In this document: positions 28,214 through 35,443 of the stretch, in pieces
Position numbering within the stretch: the first letter of the stretch is position 1
Layout: each line of letters begins with the position of its first letter
Assembly (NCBI GenBank): GCA_018054005.1
Contig: JAGPKI010000002.1
Span: 1-35,443 of the forward strand
Length of the DNA stretch: 35,443 nucleotides
Origin: Caldisericia bacterium
GTDB lineage: Bacteria > Caldisericota > Caldisericia > UBA6126 > JAGPKI01
Direction of reading: 5' to 3'
Position numbers and translations under genes: made by a program
Notes under the pieces: model-generated
Seen by the model: the letters and a program-made list of their open reading frames with translations, nothing else
What the model was told of the DNA's origin: nothing
Databases searched by the model: none

Positions 28214-28357
28214 TTAGTTTTCAAGGTATAAATGAATTTTAAAAGTTATTATTTTTGAGTTGGTTTTCAGAAAAGCTGACTTATTACATAAAGTGAGAAA
28301 AAAGAGTAAGTTTTTCCAATATTGTACACTCGCTTTAAACCAATTAACAATTATTTT
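28214..28357 (-). pseudogene. 3'-terminal fragment homologous to the polytopic membrane gene at 26216-27595
   Basis: Plus-strand 28288-28350 aligns by eye with 26296-26362 (shared ATAAAGTGAGAAAAAAGAG...TTTTCCAA...AATTATTTTT). The fragment translates as KKIIVNWFKASVQYWKNLLFFLTL, compared with RKIIYWLKKVVNRLENVLFFLTL in the intact gene. An in-frame TAG lies directly upstream and there is no start. Confidence 0.5.
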
Positions 28358-28419
28358 TTTCTATTTTTAACATTCTCTAAAAAGCTACTAATTTTAAAAA
28401 TAGTTGAAAACTCTTCTTT

Positions 28420-29748
28420 TTAAACGAAGAATATAGCCCTTAATGTATTTAATAAGTTTAAAATGAACAGGAAAGAAAAATATTTCTTTTTTGAATATTT
28501 AGACGGATTGAAAAAGAAGTCAAGCTTGTCAGTCTTTTTCAGAAAAAAAGTTACTACTTTATCCACAACGTAAAAAGTTATTAGAATAACAAAACCACCC
28601 ATCAAACACCATAATAATAAGATTGGTAGTCTATTCATAACTATTGAAGTAGCCATATTGTCAACACTTATCGTATAAGATTGAAAAAATGTCAAAATCT
28701 TACTTATATATAAATTATTGGAAGCAAAGAGTAAGACGGAGATCTGTTGTAGAATTGAGCATAGAAAAACCCAAAATAGACTATTGCTTTTGTGCTTGAA
28801 AAGCAAATAGCTTAAAGTAATAACTATTAAAGATAGTGTGTAACCTATATAAGGTCTGTAGAGTTTAAATAAAGGTTCAACTTTGAAATTAAAAGGAGTA
28901 ACAAAAAGATTAAATCCTCTTGAAAGGGCATATGGAGTAAAGACAAATAGTAGAAGTAATAGAACAACAAATATTGAGTGTTTCTTTATATCTATTTCAC
29001 CCAATGAGTGGTTTTGGTTAGAATTTAAATCCTCATTATCTAAAAGATAAAATTTAAAAAATAAATATAATAGGAAAATCCCGAAAGAGTAATATAGCAA
29101 TATTATGGTTCTTAAAAGATTATTGGAAACTTTATTAATTAATTCATAGAAAAGATATGGCATCAAAACAAGAAAAATTATAGATATAATTAGAAATGGA
29201 ATACCAAATCCATTGATTATAAATGGGTCATTAAAAAGTAATGGTCTTATATTTTCAGAAGAGTAGCTACTTTTTGTTTCATTTGTTATTTCTATTTTTC
29301 TCTCCTTGCTCCACCAATTTTGAATTTTTAAGTAAAAAGCAAAAATAACTATTAAACACACGGAAAAAATTATAGAAAGATAGATTCCAAGATTAATAGG
29401 AGGTTTTAATAAGTCTTTTTCCCATTTGAAAAGAGTAGAAATATTTAAAAATAGGATATAAAATAAAATCAGAAGCGTTGGAGAACTAAGAGAGAATTTA
29501 ATACTTTTCAGATCGGATAATATTTGCCATATGAAATTCAAAAAGGATGTTGCAGTAAGTCCTAAACCTACAATTGCCAAAATAACTAATAATATTATTG
29601 CTTCAGTAGAGAAAGTTGAATAGGGAGTAAATATTTTAAAAATCAGGTTAACTGTTATTACCCCGAACACACCAATGAAAATAGTTAAAAAAGTTATAAG
29701 TAAAGATGTACCTCTAATTTTCTCTTTACTAATACTAAGGGATTTCAT
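28420..29748 (-). CDS. Polytopic integral membrane protein translationally coupled to the Rhs toxin gene (candidate immunity protein)
   Basis: ATG at 29748-29746 overlaps the Rhs TGA (29747-29745) as ATGA, giving MKSLSISKEK..., 442 aa with about 12 hydrophobic segments. The ORF-track start at 29805 lies inside the Rhs gene. Confidence 0.7.
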   Translation of the reverse strand: MKSLSISKEKIRGTSLLITFLTIFIGVFGVITVNLIFKIFTPYSTFSTEAIILLVILAIVGLGLTATSFLNFIWQILSDLKSIKFSLSSPTLLILFYILFLNISTLFKWEKDLLKPPINLGIYLSIIFSVCLIVIFAFYLKIQNWWSKERKIEITNETKSSYSSENIRPLLFNDPFIINGFGIPFLIISIIFLVLMPYLFYELINKVSNNLLRTIILLYYSFGIFLLYLFFKFYLLDNEDLNSNQNHSLGEIDIKKHSIFVVLLLLLFVFTPYALSRGFNLFVTPFNFKVEPLFKLYRPYIGYTLSLIVITLSYLLFKHKSNSLFWVFLCSILQQISVLLFASNNLYISKILTFFQSYTISVDNMATSIVMNRLPILLLWCLMGGFVILITFYVVDKVVTFFLKKTDKLDFFFNPSKYSKKKYFSFLFILNLLNTLRAIFFV

Positions 29749-32700
29749 TTTCCACAATTTCCGCCACTGGGATTTTCTAAATAAGTTGGAACAGTTTGTG
29801 CCCATAAATCTTTAAGTCTACTATCGTATTTTTCAGATTTTTGGAAAGCTTTTTTAACATTGGTGATGTTTTCGCCAATTTTCGAGCAATCATTACTCCA
29901 CTGTTGTGGATGACACATACCCCAAAAATTATAATTTATATAAATCTGTGACTCTCGAGAACTATATACACAGGATAAACTAGTGAATTTTCCAGTTGAA
30001 TCTTGTCCGTTCATTTCGAGAAGTTTTTTACAAATTTTTTGGCATGTGCTAACTACATTATCCATCGCTTCTATATGAGAAGTTGATTGAGAATTGAAAT
30101 AGCCATATATGCTATATGCGCAAGCTATTAATGATGCTAATCCTATAGCTATGCCTGCAGCAACAGCTGAGACAGCAATACCTAAAACGGAAATAGTACC
30201 ACCGCCCCCTACTAAAGCTGTATAAAGTCCTGCAATAGCAGATCCACAACTAACAGCTATTCCTGTAATATCACTCCAACGGAATGAGGAGCCTTTTGCT
30301 GTAGCTAAATTTGATAGCATTTTAGATATTAAGTCGTTCATTTCGCAATTAAGAGTACAACACTTCTCCTTAGACACTAAACCCATTGGATCGATTTTAT
30401 TTACGGGGTCATTTTTGCAGTAGTGGTAAGAATGAATAGTCCACGGATCAGACAAAATCCCTGGACCCCAGATATCCGCTGTTAAAAACCTACATGTGGT
30501 AGAATCATACATTCTTGTTCCCATAGAATACATTTCATCTACTGGTGGAGATTCATATGAGATTGGGGTTGGTTCATAATAGCTTCCAGCAAACTTAAGA
30601 GGATTATAAGAAATTCCTTCACTGTGCTCTATAGTTCCGTAAGGATAATATCCATTTTTTGCCTTAAGTGGCTCATTTAGCAATGGATCATCTGTAGTTC
30701 CAACTACAGAACCAATATAATCATTGTAAAAAAGTTCACTATAAAGTCCTTCACCCGATATACCAGGAATAGGATTTACCTGCATAAGAATCGGAGCTGT
30801 TGCATAGTAAGTGTAATTTAATAGTAAATTATCAGTTGGATCATTTGTGTCCCCTTCTCTAAATTCGCTAATTAGATGTTCACCTTCATAATAGAAAGAT
30901 CTATCACCCATACCTATTCTTCTACCCTCTACATCGTAAGCGATATCTGTAAAATCAATAATATTACCCGCTTGGTCATAAACTTTTATATTTTTTGGAA
31001 AATTTAAAGGACTATACTCTATATGTATTTCATTTTGAAGTTCTCCGTTTGGTGCAAAGTTTTTAATCTTTGTTGGACCGAGCATAGCGTTAATGTCGGG
31101 GTATTCAGGAAGATTATAGAAATATTCTGAAGTTGAAGAGTCAGGATTAGTTACTTCTGTTACTCTATTCATTTCATCATATTCGTAGTGATATGCATAA
31201 GTACCAGTTGGATCTGTAAGAGTTTTTCTTGTCATATTACCACCTATATCATATTCATAGGTGCAGACTTTGTCTCCACGGTAAGCTTTAGTTAACTGTC
31301 CATATGTATCATATTCGTAAAACCATCGAGTATCACTTGTTATTCTATGCATTGAATCATAGGTATATTCATAGTTCATTTCAGGATGCTTAGGATTGGT
31401 TATTTTCTTTAATCTTCCAATCTCATCATATTCATAAGTTGTATTTGTGCTTACTCTTTTTGTTAAAAGATGATCTTTATCATATTCAAAAGTTTCGACT
31501 ACACCGAAAGGAAGCGGTTGATTATTTTTATCAAAGTATTTTTCTTCAATTTTTGTTACATTAAAACATTCATCGACAGTATAATGAATAGATCTTCCAC
31601 TATAATTATATAATTCAGATGTTGCATCATCCGGTTTTATAAAATAATCGATAGGAAGTTCATCTGGATCATAACCATCCAATGTTTCAACAGAAAATTT
31701 ATTCCCGCCTGTTACTTTTCTTTCTAATTTATCACTTAGATTATAGTGATATTCAATGTTTCCAGCTTTTGTTGTTCGTCCTGATTTATCGTATTTATAT
31801 TCTATCCTTGTACCATCCCAAAATTCAATATAATCTAAAAGTCCTTCATTGAGATATCGCATCTTGTTTATCCTTCCGTAAGCATCTTTCATCTCTTTTG
31901 GGTATCTTTCTCTGCCAGGTTCTGTTTCATAAGTATATTCGCGTACGATATTTCCATAATAATCAATTACTTTTGATGTTCTTTCATTTTCATCATAGAT
32001 TATACTAAATTGTGGTCTCCCTCTCTCGTCAATTAAGCTTGAAAGCTTCCCTTCTAAAGTATAATTATACCCTACTCTTTTTCCGTTCCAATCAATTTCT
32101 AGCATTCTGCTATATCTATCATATTTATATTTTGTTTCTGTCCCGTCAGGATTTATTAGTTTTGTAAGATTACCATTTGCATCGTATTCATAGTTGGTTT
32201 CTCCGTAAAAATCTTCCGTTTTTGATATTTTACCACAGCATTGAGAAAATGTTATTTCGTTCCATTTTCCTTCCGGTGAACTAATTTTTACACTTGTCCC
32301 TGACGGATATTCAATGCTGAATTCACTATTACATGCATCACTAATACTAATTAAGTTATTTTGAGCATCATATATTAATTTCATCTTTCTTCCAGCCGGA
32401 GTTATTATTTCTTTAGTCTTTGGAAAAGAATCATCTTCTAAATTGTAAGTAATATTAGTTATATTTCCGTTATTGTTTATACTAATTAAATTTCCATTGA
32501 AGTCGTAAATTACAGTACTTTGCGAAATAGCTGGGGTTATCATTGAGAATTGAGTCTGAATTATTTCTCCTGTTTCTGGGTCAAGCAAAATTGTTCTTGT
32601 AGTCGTGTATTCTCCGTTAACATAATCTTTTAAGTAATTTGGGAAGTTATGGTCAATATAGCTTATAATCGTGTAAAGCTCTGGATTTTCTGCCATTCCA

Positions 32701-35101
32701 ATAATATTATTGCTTGAATCATATGAATAGATTAAAACATCTGCAGATGAAGGATAAATTGTTCTTTCTTCAGTTAAAATTCCATCTTCTCTGAAATGAA
32801 CCTGATTTTTTATGTTGTTTTCATTTATTACTTCTGTATAATTTGAGTAATAGTTATATATCTCACTTAGGCCTGTCTCATCGTGTGAATTTAAGCACTT
32901 TCCATTCTGAGCACAATCATAATACCATATTGAACCTCTTGGGTCAGTAACAGAAAAGACATTATCATTTTCATCCCAGCCAAAAGTCATAGAAAAGCCT
33001 TTACTTGAGAAGATTTGGGTAAGTTTATCTTGAGAATAAGTATAATTTACTGAACCGTCTGGATATGTTATACTTTCTACTTTTCCTGTTACATCATAAT
33101 TTATAGTAGTTGTGCTTCCATTTGGATTTGTTATAGTTGTAATTCTATCAAAACCAAAGATATTTGACCAGCCAAACTGAGTTTTGTATCCTTTACTTTT
33201 GGTTTCTAATAGCCTTCCATCAAGGGAGAATTTAGTTATATTAAAATAACCCTCAGTTAATTGAAATACTCCACCAATATCCTTAATAGTCATTAAGCTG
33301 TTAGATTCAGCAATGTAGATATTTTCTGCTTGGTCATAAATAAAGTTAAAGATAGCTCCTGTTGGGTCTTTAAATTTAATATGGTCATTTAGAACAATGT
33401 CAAAAAGAGAAGATTCAAGTAGGCTTATCCTCTTCTTACCAAACCATCCAGTATCTTCTGACCTGCTATTATATAAAGAGGTTATAGTTGCATTTGCAAA
33501 TGTAGTTTTTGTGGGGTAAGGGGTGTATTCAACCTGTTCAATTATCAAATTTCCATTTCTTAAGTTTGCACTTACATCAAATACAGTTGATGGAGGATTA
33601 AAGAATGTTTCATGTTCAGAGAAGCCAAGCTTACTTTGATCACCTATTATTTCAGTATAAATTACTGTAAGAACTGTTTGACAAGTTCCTCTACTACTTT
33701 CAAATTTCATAGGAATTGGGTTTTCAGAACTATTTGGAATTCTTTCGATTAAAGCTAATCCATTATTTGAAATTGGGTCTGTAAGCCAGCCTTCAATTAG
33801 TGAATTTGGTAGAGTTACAATTGGGCTAAATCCTGATTCCCCTAAATTTGTTAAATTAATAAATCCCTGTATTGATCCAAGAGTAGGTGGAGGAATAAAT
33901 AGAGGCCCTTCTGGCCATGAAGAAGTAACATTATAAATGTCAGTAATGGGTGAAGGATTATTCCCTTTTTCTATTGGGCATAGTGAAAGAGTTGCTGAAT
34001 TTATTTCAATGTTATCTGGTAGAGTTGGTAGCTCAAACCTCATAAGAGATGTAAAAGTAGTAATAGATGAATCTATAATTTCTTTACCAACGAGAAGGTT
34101 TTCATTATAATACTTATTTCCTGCTTCATCAATGTATAAATCCTCTTCTGGTATAACTTCAAATGAAGGGTCAAGTATTACAGGATACTCCGTCTTAGTA
34201 TTTTCTAAGAATTCTTTATCAAGTCTTAACTTCAGCTGAACTTTATCTCCTTTTTCAGATAAAGTAGAGGTAAGAGCTATATTCCTGCCTTCCTTTCCTG
34301 CTTTATCTTTTAGGTTTATTTTTCCTACTTTTAGACTAAATTTCTCCTTCTTAAAAATAAATTTAGCTTCATCTTTTCCAGAGAATGAAACATTTTTAAG
34401 TCTAATATCAAAATTAATTTCACTAAGGATAGGTTTACTCTTAAATATTATCTCCTCCTTAATATTAAAAGAGGAAACTGTGTATTTTAAATCTATTCCA
34501 GAAGCTATATCCTTAAAAATAACAGAATTGCCATCAAAATCTGGTAAAGTAGGTTTAATCCCCTCCATATTAAGCTTAAGTTGAGAGTCTCCTTTAAGGA
34601 GAGAAAATATTAGATTTGACCCTTTCTTTACATCATCATTGCCAGTAAAGAATATCTTAAAGAAAGATGTATCAGAATAATAGCTATAATTAGGAATATT
34701 AGATTTCTTAATTTCAGGCTTTATCCCAATAAGACCTCTTCCACTAATAAAGGTATTAATTGGTTTAGTGTATACTTTGAGAGTATATTTATTTCCATCT
34801 TTTATTGTATTAGAAAATGAAGTCTTTTTGTAAGTTACATCATTGGAAATCTCAGTTTGTGATAAAAGTTGATTTAATCCTTGACGCTGATTTTTTGAAA
34901 GCAGATAAGCTTTGTAATTTCCACTCTCTTTAAGTGAAGAAGCAACTTTTTCATAGGGACTAAAGACAATTAAGAGAAGAATACATAAAAGAGTGACAAG
35001 AAGTCTTGATTTTAAAGGATGATTAGAAGAACTTGAGAGATTTAATTCCGTTCTCTCTCTCTCTCTGCTTGTGAAACTTTGAATCTTTTAAATGAATACA
35101 T
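29745..35101 (-). CDS. WapA-like Rhs/YD-repeat polymorphic toxin; the 5' end (RBS+ATG at 35101) is out of frame with the body at an (AG)7 tract
   Basis: The body ORF 29745-34568 (1607 aa) has many YD repeats (YEYDANGNLTKL, YKYDRYSRMLEI, YEYDEIGRLKKI, YTYDSMHRITS; about 30378-33161). It has a DNRLRE-like N-terminal domain (LMRFELPTLPDNIEINSATLSL) and the Rhs core end motif DPVNKIDPMGL (30378-30392), followed by a 210-aa C-terminal tip. The same frame stays open to 35087 with a signal-anchor-like KSRLLVTLLCILLLIVFSP but no start codon. GAGGAGG, 8 nt, then ATG at 35101 is in a different frame. Confidence 0.85.
35053..35066. repeat. Dinucleotide simple-sequence repeat (CT)7 on plus strand = (AG)7 in the Rhs 5' coding region
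   Basis: Read directly from the sequence: ccg tt ctctctctctctct gctt. Confidence 0.95.
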
Positions 35102-35316
35102 TTTTAAAACCTCCTCATATTTTAATTTTTTTGCCAAAAAACTTTTTCTAAGTAATTTGTGGGAGGATATACTGCATTCTATTTAAACACTTTTCAAGTT
35201 TAGGATCTAATTCAAAAATCTATAGAGAAATTAAAATAATAATTTTAGGAAAGTCAAGTTTTTTTATCTAAAGAGTTTTGTATTTGTAAAAATTCATACA
35301 AGACTTTGAAAGGCAA

Positions 35317-35443
35317 ACAGAAATTAGCATAAATCAAAGTGATAAATTTTAAAGTCTCATATGTTTCGTAACTTATTCATTAGTATTTATTGTCTATTAC
35401 ATTATTTTTGATAAATATCATCGTTAGTTATATCGGGAATTTA
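35317..35443. repeat. Direct repeat copy 2 (identical to 27699-27825), truncated by the window end
   Basis: 127/127 identity with copy 1. Lies 216 nt upstream of the Rhs ATG on the minus strand. Confidence 0.95.

Noticed and set aside
34569-35087. Treating ATG 34568 as the true Rhs start and the upstream region as 5' UTR
   Set aside because: 173 consecutive stop-free codons in about 30% GC DNA that encode a signal-anchor-like helix are very unlikely for noncoding sequence. There is also no SD before 34568. The frame-switch interpretation fits better.

Overview
AT-rich (by eye roughly 30% GC) bacterial chromosomal window with two distinct parts. Positions ~755-20,150 are a densely packed housekeeping block. 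On the plus strand it holds an NfnAB-like oxidoreductase pair, trxA, and rimP-nusA-infB-DUF503-rbfA-nrnA-ribF. On the minus strand it holds ftsH-hpt-tilS, an ftsB/divIC-like gene, ruvA, ruvC, yebC, pdxT, pdxS and thrS. A formate/nitrite-family channel gene lies on the plus strand. Five tRNA genes are present: Met-type CAT, Ser-GGA, Leu-CAG, Pro-CGG and Pro-GGG. Beyond the tRNA cluster (20.2-21.0 kb) the content becomes accessory. (1) A tight three-gene minus-strand operon (21034-24465) encodes an unrecognisable coiled-coil protein and two paralogous BrxD/DUF2791-like P-loop ATPases, one with an N-terminal Tudor/SH3-like module. No BREX or Shango partner genes are nearby, and this is my best candidate for an undescribed (defence-like) system. 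(2) An MFS transporter follows. (3) A WapA-like Rhs/YD polymorphic-toxin locus occupies 26.2-35.1 kb. Its strong RBS and ATG are put out of frame with the ~1,780-codon body by an (AG)7 dinucleotide tract, a candidate phase switch. Its 210-aa C-terminal tip looks like a Cys-rich glycine-zipper membrane toxin. Its stop is ATGA-coupled to a 442-aa polytopic membrane protein. The cassette is bracketed by perfect direct repeats of at least 127 bp, 7,618 bp apart, the second cut by the window end. A gene fragment and a second polytopic membrane gene sit downstream. The window starts with a decayed IS-type transposase remnant. An imperfect ~76-90 bp hairpin-containing element occurs twice in inverted orientation (3068-3157 and 24622-24697). 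All family assignments come from motif recognition by eye; no searches were run.
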